DNA from: Planctomycetota bacterium
GTDB taxonomy: Bacteria > Planctomycetota > Planctomycetia > Pirellulales > UBA1268
Assembly: GCA_003671185.1 (NCBI GenBank)
Contig: QWPN01000032.1
Coordinates: forward strand, 15,805-79,804
Reading direction: 5' to 3'
Length of the DNA: 64,000 nt
The notes under the pieces are model-generated. The model was given only the letters and a program-made list of their open reading frames with translations. It did not search any database and was not told the origin of the DNA. The position numbers were made by a program, and so were the translations under genes. Below are positions 44,814 through 53,954 of this stretch, one piece after another (positions within the stretch are counted from its first letter, which is position 1; the number at the start of each line of letters is the position of its first letter).

Positions 44814-47768
44814 TCAACGATCGACCGGCGGAGGCACGTCGAGCCTGTCCTCGATGGCGGGTGCGGCGGGGCGCTGAACTTTTGGCTTGTCGCGTTGGGC
44901 GGTCGGCTCCGGCTTTCTCGCGCTCACAAAGGTCGGGGGCTTGTCGCCAAGGACCAGAAGCACGCAGTTCCGTCCGTTTCCGAAGTCGATGGCGACGTCG
45001 CCACGAAACTCGGCATCGCCCTCGCCGAGCGCTTCGATCAGGCTCCTGGCCTGCTGTTTGAGCGGTGGCAGCATGTCCAGTTCCTCGAGCAGGCAGCACA
45101 GCGCCACGTCGGGGTGCGTGGTCTTGGTCCGGTCTTGCCCGGACTTGAGATGCGACCAGTATGCCGCGATGTCTCGCGGCGTTGGGGGACCTGAAGGCAC
45201 ATCCTGGTTCGCACCTCGGGCCGCAGTCGCGGTCCAATCCCGATATTCCGCCGACTCTGCCAACGCGCCGCGAATCCGCTCCTTCCACAGCGACACGGGT
45301 TGCTGGCCCTGCATTTCGATCTGTCCGAGGTCGAGCGGGGCCTTGGGATACTGCCGGCACACCTTGGTGCTGAATTTCTTGATGAGGTCGAAATCGACTT
45401 CGTCGTGGTCCGAGTCCGCCGGCACTTCGACGCCGATTTTCAGCAGGCTGACCCTCGGCAACTGGTGCAACGGGATCCGCGGCGGGACGGCCTGGTTGAG
45501 GTCCGCGCAGAAGCGGAACGTGTTCCACGGTTCCAGGACGTCGGACGACTGCAGCCAGAATTGGGTGTCGCATGGATCACTGTCCGTCGCCGGCACCTCT
45601 TTGTTGGCGAGTTGCAATTCCGTCTTCATCACGGGCTTGCCGGCGGGTGTCGACCATTCGATCGTCCAACTGGCGGGGGAGTTGAGCGCGGCGGAAGGAT
45701 ACCCTGCCCCTGACGTCGTGATTCTCCCCGCCAGTCCCCCGGGCACGCTCGTCCCCTCGAAACGCACCTGACATTGCCAGGGGGTCGAGGGCAGAGAGGC
45801 TCCCAGAAACAGTTTCACGGGGGTGTGCTTGAGCGATTGCGGCCGCAGTTTGTCATCGAAAAAAAACTGCTCGACCACGATTGGCCCGCCAGCGGTCGGA
45901 CGACACAACTGCACGTGCGTCGTCTGTTGGGGATGCTCCTCATCGGCCAGGATCACGATCGCGGTCGCCACCGCTGCCCGGGCGCCGAGATGTTCGCTGA
46001 ACCGCGGATCGTTGGGGGCGACCCGCTGATTCAGCGTGGCGCACACGGTATCGTCACGGATCGCCAGACGGCCAACTTCTATGGGCTCCGGAGCGACCGC
46101 GGCTCCGACTCGCGAACAGAGGATCCTCCAGTCGCCCTCCGCTGTCGGCACACACGACACTCGCGACTGCGGGCCGTTTGGTGCCAGGTTGAGCACGGCA
46201 TCCGGCAACTGCGGCCTGACCCTGGCGCCGTGCAGAGCGCACAGCCGTGCCGTCTGCTCCTGGAGAATGCCGCTGTCGAGTCCCTGGATGGGCAGATGCT
46301 CGGCGCTGTCGAGCGCTGAGCAGAGCTTGGGAAACGCGTCGACCGCTGGGGGAGCAGGCCGGGGCGGCCCGGGCGGCAGCGGCGGCGGTGGCGGTGGCGG
46401 TGGCGGTGGTGATGGTGAGGTGCGGCGGTCGATCGGCAAGCCGTCAGCCGACCGGGATGATGAATCGGCCACCACATCGGGACCGCCGACGACGAGGGGC
46501 GGCGGCACGGAAGACGGCTGAGCCACGATTGGCGCTCGTCCACCGCGGTCGGTTGCCAGTTCTGTTGGCGAAGGATTTCTTGGCCTCTCCGTCTCGCCGC
46601 TGGCGCCGGGGCGTCTCGAATTCGTGCGCGGCGGTGTCCCGGCGTCGCGCAATCCCATGAATCGCGTGCGCACACCGGGCACGACCAGGGCGATGAGTGC
46701 CACGATCACCGCCGTTGCCAGGGCGACCACGACGAGGGGCACCCATGACCGCCGTTGCCCCCGCTCCGCCCCCTCCGGTGCCGGCACGGCGGCGCGGGGC
46801 TGGCGAGCGGCGGTCGTGGAAAATGCGAACGGATTGGCGAGTGGCGGCGGAGCTCCAGGACGACCGGCCGCGATGCGTGGCGGCCTTCCGGGAGCGGCGG
46901 CCGCAGCGGCGCCGACGGCTGCGACCGCCCCGCCCCCACTCGCCGTTCCGGCCGGCAGCGCCTGCCACGGCACTTGTGCCTTTCCGCGAGCGGCGTCGAC
47001 CAGCGCCGATGCAGCCGTGAGCGGCGGCTTGCGGACGAGATCGACGACCGCGACCCGCGACTGCCCGCGGGCTGCCTGTGCTTCCGGCGAGCCATCCACG
47101 GTCCCCAGCCAGAGCATGTCGGGCTGCCCGACCGCGTACGTCGTGAACGTCACGCCCCAGCGCTGCGCGGGCGGCACGAGCGACAGGGCCTCCGCGAAGA
47201 GTTCGATGAGTTCGCAGTCTGCGGCGGCGATGATCCAGGTCTGTTCCCGACGCAGCGCCCGCTCGACGATGACACCCGCCCAACCGGCGTCACCCGCAAC
47301 ACGCGCCCAGGCATTGCATGGCTTCGGCTCGCACGCCGGCGCGGGTGGGGCGATCGTAGGCGCGGGTTGCTCGCGGGGCTGGCCCGACCATCGCCGCAGC
47401 AATCCGCCGGCATGATCGAGGGCCATCAGTACGCTGGCCGGACTCGACATGGCCCGCGCCGACACCTCGCCGCCGTCAAGCGCCAGATGATGGGCCAGCT
47501 TGTTGGAGCGGCCATCGTAGCCATTGCCCGCGTCGACGATGCTGCTGAGCACGGACATTTGGCCCGCCGGCGACTGAAGGAGCGCGTGGGACAGGATGCG
47601 GGGGTTCCGCGCGTCCCCCTGCGGGTACACGTGGCGGTAGGCGCTGCCCTGTTCCAATTTCGACTGCAGTTCGGGATGAATGCCTCGCGTCCGCAGCACG
47701 GTGGTGAAACCACTGCGGCCGGCCTGCAGGCCCCGCGCGGCGCTGGTGACCACGAGTTCGTGGATCAT
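44814..47768 (-). CDS. GAP1-like (GTPase-associated) single-pass TM protein, 984 aa (array B, gene 2)
   Basis: The ATG at 47768 (MIHELVVTSAARGLQAGRSGFTTVL...) forms an ATGA overlap with the GTPase stop. It has a ~330-aa N-terminal module, an Ala/Pro linker, the TM helix WVPLVVVALATAVIVALIALVV, a Pro10 tract, and the shared ~500-aa C-terminal domain. The GAP1 assignment rests on recollection of the family N-terminus and was not searched. Confidence 0.6.
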   Translation of the reverse strand: MIHELVVTSAARGLQAGRSGFTTVLRTRGIHPELQSKLEQGSAYRHVYPQGDARNPRILSHALLQSPAGQMSVLSSIVDAGNGYDGRSNKLAHHLALDGGEVSARAMSSPASVLMALDHAGGLLRRWSGQPREQPAPTIAPPAPACEPKPCNAWARVAGDAGWAGVIVERALRREQTWIIAAADCELIELFAEALSLVPPAQRWGVTFTTYAVGQPDMLWLGTVDGSPEAQAARGQSRVAVVDLVRKPPLTAASALVDAARGKAQVPWQALPAGTASGGGAVAAVGAAAAAAPGRPPRIAAGRPGAPPPLANPFAFSTTAARQPRAAVPAPEGAERGQRRSWVPLVVVALATAVIVALIALVVPGVRTRFMGLRDAGTPPRTNSRRPGASGETERPRNPSPTELATDRGGRAPIVAQPSSVPPPLVVGGPDVVADSSSRSADGLPIDRRTSPSPPPPPPPPPPLPPGPPRPAPPAVDAFPKLCSALDSAEHLPIQGLDSGILQEQTARLCALHGARVRPQLPDAVLNLAPNGPQSRVSCVPTAEGDWRILCSRVGAAVAPEPIEVGRLAIRDDTVCATLNQRVAPNDPRFSEHLGARAAVATAIVILADEEHPQQTTHVQLCRPTAGGPIVVEQFFFDDKLRPQSLKHTPVKLFLGASLPSTPWQCQVRFEGTSVPGGLAGRITTSGAGYPSAALNSPASWTIEWSTPAGKPVMKTELQLANKEVPATDSDPCDTQFWLQSSDVLEPWNTFRFCADLNQAVPPRIPLHQLPRVSLLKIGVEVPADSDHDEVDFDLIKKFSTKVCRQYPKAPLDLGQIEMQGQQPVSLWKERIRGALAESAEYRDWTATAARGANQDVPSGPPTPRDIAAYWSHLKSGQDRTKTTHPDVALCCLLEELDMLPPLKQQARSLIEALGEGDAEFRGDVAIDFGNGRNCVLLVLGDKPPTFVSARKPEPTAQRDKPKVQRPAAPAIEDRLDVPPPVDR
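46380..46409 (-). repeat. Pro10 tract encoded by a (CGGTGG)n hexanucleotide tandem repeat
   Basis: The plus strand reads cgg cgg tgg cgg tgg cgg tgg cgg tgg, which equals 10 consecutive Pro codons on the minus strand, within SPSPPPPPPPPPPLPPGPPRPAPP. Confidence 0.85.
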
Positions 47769-49087
47769 GGGGATTCCCCACCCCCTGCCTCGACCGCCGG
47801 TTTCGCCGCGTCCGCCGCAGCGGACCGCGGCACGCCGTGCGGAATGATGGCGGCCGAGCCACTGCCGAACTGGCTGAGCGCATAGAGCATGGGCACCTCG
47901 GCCCACATCGGGTTGATGGATCCGGCACGGTGCCAGTAGCCGTTGTCGGGGCCGCGCTGCGGCGGACCGCCCGTGGCACTGACCGGCACGTAGACGATCC
48001 TGCTCGGCTCGACGAAGCTCTCCGCCGTGGCCACGACCGCCGGCATGTACTCGTGCAGCATCTGGCGGATCGCGGCCGAAGCCCCCTGGATCATGTCGGG
48101 CCGCAGGACAGCGAAGCCGCCCGTCGGGTGCATGGTCCAGGGATCGGGCAGCCGCTCCCGGCCCAGGAGTTTCTGCCAGGCGTCGTATTTGTTCACCAGC
48201 ACGAGCAACGGCCGGTCGTGACGGGCATTCACCGCCAGGCCACGGTATGACTTGACGCGGCGGGCGACTTCCGCGAGCAACACTTCCTGCCGGCTGAGCA
48301 CCGCCGGATCGCGGACCTGCTCGTCCTCGGATATGTTCTGCAGGTGCTTGCGGAACTCGGGTTCCTGTGCCGGGTCATAGACGAACATCAGGCAATTCGA
48401 TTTCGCCAGATGCTGCGTCACGGGGTTGTCGGGCCGGTCGGCCCCGGGCTGGAAACTCTCGCCGGCGTTGTCGTAGACGCAGAGCGTGCGGGCCACGGAG
48501 GCGGGCTTGGCGGCATAGGGGTGTGAGCCAACCGGGCTGATCTGGAAGAAGAACGGCTTCGGGTAGAGGATCCGCTTCTCGCCGTAGGTCACCTCGTGAT
48601 ACCAGTCGCCGGTCACGTCGGTCTTCTTGAGATGCACGAGATCGTCGGGTTTGCCGTGCGCGAACAGTTCGTCCTCGTACTCGTGCAGCACCGCGTTGGC
48701 CTGCGGATCGGCATCGCTGAAGTCGATGGCAAACGACTTGGGGAGCAGTTTGCGCAGCCTGTGGATCATCGACGCCAACAGGTAGGACTTGCCGCTCTTG
48801 GGCGAGCCGAAGACCGACGCGAAGAACGCCGGCCGCTCCAGGAACACCCGCGGCACACCCAGATGACAACGCGGGCATGCGAGTTCGTGGCAGGGAGCAC
48901 CCTTGGCGTCCAAAGCCCGGCCTTCCGGATCGAAACGCGTGGGCGGAAAGCGCCGCCGTTCGTTCGGCCCCAGCCGCAGGTCACCGAACAGGTCGTGGTG
49001 CGATGACACATACCACACCCGCTCCGGCGGAAACCGCTCCCAGCAGTTGGGGCAGGTCACTTCCTTGACGAGGCTGGTGTGCTGCAT
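47765..49087 (-). CDS. Zn-ribbon + Ras-like (TRAFAC) GTPase (array B, gene 1)
   Basis: N-terminal CPNC...CPRC motif. G1 GSPKSGKS, G3 VYDNAGE, G4 LVNKYD, G5 VSATG. Confidence 0.8.
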   Translation of the reverse strand: MQHTSLVKEVTCPNCWERFPPERVWYVSSHHDLFGDLRLGPNERRRFPPTRFDPEGRALDAKGAPCHELACPRCHLGVPRVFLERPAFFASVFGSPKSGKSYLLASMIHRLRKLLPKSFAIDFSDADPQANAVLHEYEDELFAHGKPDDLVHLKKTDVTGDWYHEVTYGEKRILYPKPFFFQISPVGSHPYAAKPASVARTLCVYDNAGESFQPGADRPDNPVTQHLAKSNCLMFVYDPAQEPEFRKHLQNISEDEQVRDPAVLSRQEVLLAEVARRVKSYRGLAVNARHDRPLLVLVNKYDAWQKLLGRERLPDPWTMHPTGGFAVLRPDMIQGASAAIRQMLHEYMPAVVATAESFVEPSRIVYVPVSATGGPPQRGPDNGYWHRAGSINPMWAEVPMLYALSQFGSGSAAIIPHGVPRSAAADAAKPAVEAGGGESP

Positions 49088-49353
49088 GGTGGCGCTAGTG
49101 ATCGCGACTCCGGCAGGGACTCAGGCTGTGGGCAGCACCGGTTCGGGCGGTGCCCCGCCCGACGGCCCGGCGGCGTCACGTCCCTCCCTCAAAAGTATGG
49201 ACAGTCGGCATAACCCGCAACCCCCGCACCTGACGGATGGGGATGAAGCCGGGCCGCGGTTTGACCGATCACCGAAAGCGGGCTAGGGTTCCCGAGAGTC
49301 TGCCGTCGGCCTCCCAGACGGACCGTCCCGAACTCCAGCCCGGAGGGCTTTCC

Positions 49354-49908
49354 ATGCGTTCCGCCCGCTCTGCGATTCTGTGCGCGTTGCTCTTGGCCGC
49401 CGCGACCACGGTGCGGGGCGAACCGATCACCCCTGCCATCGCCGATTGGGCCCTGCAGAACGCCGCCGACATCACATCCAGACTGCGGGCCAAACTGGCG
49501 GAGTACGACGAGGATGGCGGTGAACTCAAAGGCTTGGTCGACGTCAACGCCCCCGGATGGAACATTTACAACCGCGACCGGCAACTGCTGATCGCCATCC
49601 CCGTGAAGAAGAACCTGCTGTTTGCCAGCAAGAAGACCGGCGAAACGAACGCCGCCGCACTGGCCCGCAGCATCATCCAGCAGATCAACACCATCCCCCT
49701 GCAAGCCGACAACGAGACGGCTCGCCTCGACGACAACGCGGTTCGCGTGGTGTTCATCGAGCCGGCCGTGGCCGACATCCGCTCCGGATCCTTTTCAGCC
49801 TCGTCCGCTACGACGGCGGCGTGGGCCGGATTCCAGCCGCCTCTCGGGTACGCTCCCTCCGGCTTCTACCCACAGGCTTCGTTCTCCAACGCCTGCGGCT
49901 GCCACTGA
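49354..49908 (+). CDS. Small secreted hypothetical protein (184 aa) wedged between the two arrays
   Basis: ATG at 49354 within ORF 49237..49908, with a GGAGGG SD. Signal peptide MRSARSAILCALLLAAATTVRG. The C-terminus ends ...NACGCH. Confidence 0.6.
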   Translation: MRSARSAILCALLLAAATTVRGEPITPAIADWALQNAADITSRLRAKLAEYDEDGGELKGLVDVNAPGWNIYNRDRQLLIAIPVKKNLLFASKKTGETNAAALARSIIQQINTIPLQADNETARLDDNAVRVVFIEPAVADIRSGSFSASSATTAAWAGFQPPLGYAPSGFYPQASFSNACGCH

Positions 49909-49923
49909 CGGCCGTCGCGCCGT

Positions 49924-51996
49924 TCAGGGCAGGACCTTGAGCGAGTCGTACCAGAGAATGCCGGGCCCGCGGGCGTTGGTGAGCCGCTTCGAACGTTCCT
50001 GGAGGATGGCCGAAACCTCCTGCTTGACCTTGGGCGCCTTGATGGGCCCGCTCACGAACAGCACGGGGTTGCGCACACGCATTCCCATGCGGTCGCGCAG
50101 GAATGCGCCCAGCGTGCGGTCCTGCTCCGGCATCTCGCTCCAGGCCGCCTCGATGGCCGCCTTGGCCTTGGTATGCGTCGAACGCTTGGCGATCAAGTCG
50201 GCGATGAATTTCACGGCCGCCTCTCCATTGAGCCTATCGCTCCGCTCCAAGTCCTTCACCAGGGCCATGAACATCGCCTCCAGAACGTCCACCTCGACCG
50301 GTGCCAGGAAGAGCAGTTCCCGCAGTTGGGGCATCTTCACGTCAGGCTGCAGCGGGTGGAACATCCAACCGGTGGCCGGCACGTAGTACTGCTGGTTGCT
50401 GGCGGCGAACGCCGCCAGCGTGCCACCGTCGTCGACGATCCGCTGTTCCATGCCCGGCCCCGGCACGGCGTACTGGTTGCGACGCTCCAGGGCGTCGATC
50501 TCCCGGGCCAGTGCCGCCTGGCGCCGCTGCTGCTCGGCCCCGGCTTCCCGGATCCGTTGATTGAGCTGGCTCGGATCGTTGATCCCCACGTTGCCTGGCA
50601 GCACCACGCTGCCAGGCTCGCACTTGTCGGCAATCCGCTGGGCCTGCTCCGCGAACGACTTTTGATACGACCTGTCTCCTTGGCCGACCCGGATAAATAC
50701 GAGCCGCACACCGGTCTGGGCCACGAGATCGGCCACTTCGTCGACCAATTTGTCCAGTTCGGCGTCGCGCCGGCGGTCGCCGGTGTCGCCGATCACCAGC
50801 ACCAGGCGTGACGAACCGGCCGAGAACTTCGCCGCCTTGATGCCGGCGATGATGCCGTCGAGCATCAATTCCTCGGGCTGGTCCCCCTCGCCGATCGGCG
50901 CCACCTCCTTGTGGGCGGCGACCTCCGTCGCCACGGCCGCGGCCTTCTCGGCGGTGAGCTTCTCCAAGGGCCCGAGATTCTCCAGGACGGGCTTCCCCTT
51001 GCCCCAGAAATCTCGATACCACACCACCCGCATCGCCGCCCCCACGCTTTCCGTGCCTTTCAGGCCGGCGATGAAGTCGGCCACCGGCTTGAAGTACGGC
51101 TGCATGCTCAGTGTGTCGTCGACCACGAACAGCATCTCGAAGTGAGATTCCTCCCCTTGTTGCTGCTGCTGGGTCCTCTTGCGTGCCAGCACCTTCGGAT
51201 TGACAGGGCCTCCACACACGGCGCCGATATGAAGCAGCCGGTTCTCGGGCCCCAGAGGAAACGTCTGGGGGGTATCCGGCAGTTTTTGCTCTTCCGCCGG
51301 AGCGAGCTCCAGGAAGGGGGGCGCCTCGCTGATCCGGCGCGGATCCCAGCTCGTTGCCCCCTTGCGTTCGGTGATCAGCACCTTGGCCAGATTCCGATCC
51401 GCCGCCTTCTGCACCACCAGGGCGTCGTAGGCATCCTCGGCACTGGCATACAGATCAACGGGATGCTTGCGCTCCAGGTTCGTGAACGAGTAGCCGTAGC
51501 GGCTCTTGAGCAGTTCCAGCTGCTCGCCCGATGCCCAGCCCACCACGGGCGTCTGCCCGGGCCGCGGGTCCTTGACCTGGGCGTAGTCGTTCGCCAGCAG
51601 GCACCAGCCGTTACCCAGCCCGTCCCCAATCTGCGCGTAGACGTAGAGCGGCATGAACAGGGGCTGCCGGGCGACGACCGGTTCCGTGAGCGAGGGGCTG
51701 TTTCGCAACTCCAGGTGGTCGAGCTTGCGCAGGCGTTCATCGGCGCCGGGCCGGCGCACTCCCATCGCCATGCGCGGCACCACCGTGCCCTCCATGAACA
51801 GGCATTCCAGAGCCAGCGGCGACCCGTCCGGCATGACGGGGTTCGGGGCCTTGTCGGGCAGGTAGACGGCCGCGTCGTCGGCAGCCGGGCCGAGCCCGCC
51901 CCCAGCCGCCGCCGGTTGCGCGGTCGCCGGCGTCGCTCCGTGGAGCACCACGGCGATCGCGACGACCGCAGTGCAGACGGCCGAACGTATCGCCAT
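49924..51996 (-). CDS. Secreted von Willebrand factor A (vWA) domain protein, 690 aa (array A, gene 7)
   Basis: Signal peptide MAIRSAVCTAVVAIAVVLHGATPATA. MIDAS-like motif FEMLFVVDDTLSM, followed by LVLVIGDTGD. The ATG overlaps the upstream stop by 1 nt (TGATG). Confidence 0.75.
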   Translation of the reverse strand: MAIRSAVCTAVVAIAVVLHGATPATAQPAAAGGGLGPAADDAAVYLPDKAPNPVMPDGSPLALECLFMEGTVVPRMAMGVRRPGADERLRKLDHLELRNSPSLTEPVVARQPLFMPLYVYAQIGDGLGNGWCLLANDYAQVKDPRPGQTPVVGWASGEQLELLKSRYGYSFTNLERKHPVDLYASAEDAYDALVVQKAADRNLAKVLITERKGATSWDPRRISEAPPFLELAPAEEQKLPDTPQTFPLGPENRLLHIGAVCGGPVNPKVLARKRTQQQQQGEESHFEMLFVVDDTLSMQPYFKPVADFIAGLKGTESVGAAMRVVWYRDFWGKGKPVLENLGPLEKLTAEKAAAVATEVAAHKEVAPIGEGDQPEELMLDGIIAGIKAAKFSAGSSRLVLVIGDTGDRRRDAELDKLVDEVADLVAQTGVRLVFIRVGQGDRSYQKSFAEQAQRIADKCEPGSVVLPGNVGINDPSQLNQRIREAGAEQQRRQAALAREIDALERRNQYAVPGPGMEQRIVDDGGTLAAFAASNQQYYVPATGWMFHPLQPDVKMPQLRELLFLAPVEVDVLEAMFMALVKDLERSDRLNGEAAVKFIADLIAKRSTHTKAKAAIEAAWSEMPEQDRTLGAFLRDRMGMRVRNPVLFVSGPIKAPKVKQEVSAILQERSKRLTNARGPGILWYDSLKVLP

Positions 51997-53954
51997 CAGA
52001 GCGTCCGATTCAGGCTGGCTTCAACGCCCTCTGCCGGCGTCGATTCTTGGGATGGCACGGTTTCGCCCGGCACGCGGCCCGGGGCACCCGCCGCCTCGTC
52101 GTGGGCGTGTTGCATGACGTTCTCCAGGTGCAGCCGCAGTTCCGCCGCCTTCGGCGATCGCACCGTGACCTCGCCGGGCTTAACGCCGGCAGGCACGAGC
52201 CCCTGGTGCATGTATCCCGCATAGGCCGGGTCGGCATCCGGGAACAGGAACGACATCGGAGCCAACCCAGGCCCCTTCGGCGGCTCGAGGCCACGGCCCA
52301 AGATCAGGTTCCGTTCCGGCCAGATGACGATGGCCCGTAGGTCGGGGTTCTGTGCCGCCTCACGTTTCTTGCGCACCGTCTCCTCGATCCGTGCGAGCTG
52401 ACCTGTCACGTCTTCCTGATCTTCCTCGAAAGGACGGAACATCTTGTCCTTTTCCGGGCTGCCACCAGACGGGGTGAGCAGATCTTCGCCCTTGTCCTGC
52501 CGGTTGAGGATGATCGCGCCGTTGTCGTAGATCTCCGCGGCGCGGCTGGCAACCGCCTCGCGGACCTGCTCGGTGATCTTGTCGCCCGGTTCGTGCAAAC
52601 GCTCGTCGTTGACGAGGATGATGATGTAGTCGCCGGTCTTTGGCGGCCCGCACAGCGCCTTGCAGCCGCAGCCCTTTCCGCCGCCGGCACCACTGCCGGA
52701 GCCGCTTCCAGAACCCGAGCCAGAGCCGCTGCCCGAACCCGAACCGCCGCCCTCGCCTGACCCGCCACCGCCGCCGCCACCAGGTGTTGCTCGGACCTCG
52801 ACCTTCGAGCCCATCGTGCCGTCGATCCCACCGAGGTCGGCGACCGACACCGGCTCGCTTCGTACCGCACCGGCTCGGGTCCTCACGCCGACGCCACGAC
52901 CGTCGTCTCCCAGACTGATGAAATCCTCGACGTCGCGTTCCATCGGCCCATTCCGCGCCAGGAGCACGGCGCCGTCCCGCTCCAGGTGGTCGATCTGCCG
53001 GCCGTCGCGATCCAGAAAGACGAGGTTTTCATCCGGCAACGGGTCGTCGTTCGCCGCCACCAGCGTGCAGGTGCGGGGATTGTCGGGGAACAACGGATGT
53101 GGCGGCGTCTCCATCTCGAGTTCGTACACCTCGTCGGGCCCCGGTGCGTTGTCGTCCCGCAGGCCGAACTTTTGTAATTCCTCGGGGGTCAGAACGTCTT
53201 CGAGCCGCATGCTTACGCTGCGATCTCCGACGTCGAACACTCGCTCGAAATGCTTGAGCAACGACCGCGGCTCGCCCGGTGTCGCCCGATACAGGTCGAA
53301 AGCCACCGGCACCCTGGTGTTCACAGCGGAGGCCGCCGGCACTTCGACCGTTGTGGAGGCCAGATCGTGCTCCGGCACCACCACCCTCTCAGTTGCGAAC
53401 TGCACCGGGATCACGCCCTCGGGTGTCGCTTCACGCGTGTCGTCGTCGACGATCGTCACCGTGCACCAGCCGTCGTCGCCCACGGTTGCGTCGGCGGTGG
53501 GCTGCAGCTCCAGACGGAAAGTCCGCCTGCCGTCCTGGCCGGTGAATTCGTCGTCATTGACGATCGTGATGTCCGGTGTCTCGGACTTCGTCATCCGCAG
53601 CTTGCCGTCCACGGCCCCCTCGTCGAAATGCATCACGGCGCCGCTGGGGATGACGCGGAAATCGCGGTCGTGCGTCGCCGACACGTCGGTCCAGACGAGC
53701 GGCACATCCATGGCGTAGGGCGCGGGCTTCGTGAGCTTGGCGCGGAGTCGCAACAGACCGTTGACATCGGGCTCTTCAACGCTGAGGCCCTTGCCGTCGA
53801 AGGCGACCTGGAGTGCCGTGGGCGGGGCGGCAGGCGGAGGCGAGAGCACCAAAAAGCCGGTGATCGTGAGCGAGTACACCCACACCACCCACCAGCCGAA
53901 CATAGAGAGCAGCGATTGACCGTTGAACATGATCTGTTCCCCGCGTGGTGTCAC
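51996..53954 (-). CDS. N-terminally TM-anchored protein with Calx-beta-like repeats, Gly/Ser linker, Cys cluster and C-terminal alpha/beta domain (array A, gene 6)
   Basis: The GTG at 53954 forms a GTGA overlap with the upstream stop; an alternative ATG is at 53930. TM helix [19 protein letters not shown]. Calx-beta-like pattern [21 protein letters not shown]...[11 protein letters not shown]...FRLEL and TVTIVDDD. A (G/S)36 tract is followed by [10 protein letters not shown]. Confidence 0.65.
   Translation of the reverse strand: [652 protein letters not shown]
52674..52781 (-). repeat. Gly/Ser low-complexity tract (36 aa) including a near-perfect (GS)9 repeat at 52689-52745
   Basis: Translation [37 protein letters not shown], encoded by imperfect hexanucleotide repeats (gagcc/gaacc units). 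Confidence 0.85.

Noticed and set aside
45108-45116. The HPD tripeptide (TKTTHPDVALCC) in the GAP1-like protein was considered as a hidden J-domain for the Hsp70-like ATPase.
   Set aside because: The paralogue (42959..44797) has EEATEV at the aligned position, so the tripeptide is not conserved. The surrounding sequence also lacks the J-domain helix II/III pattern.
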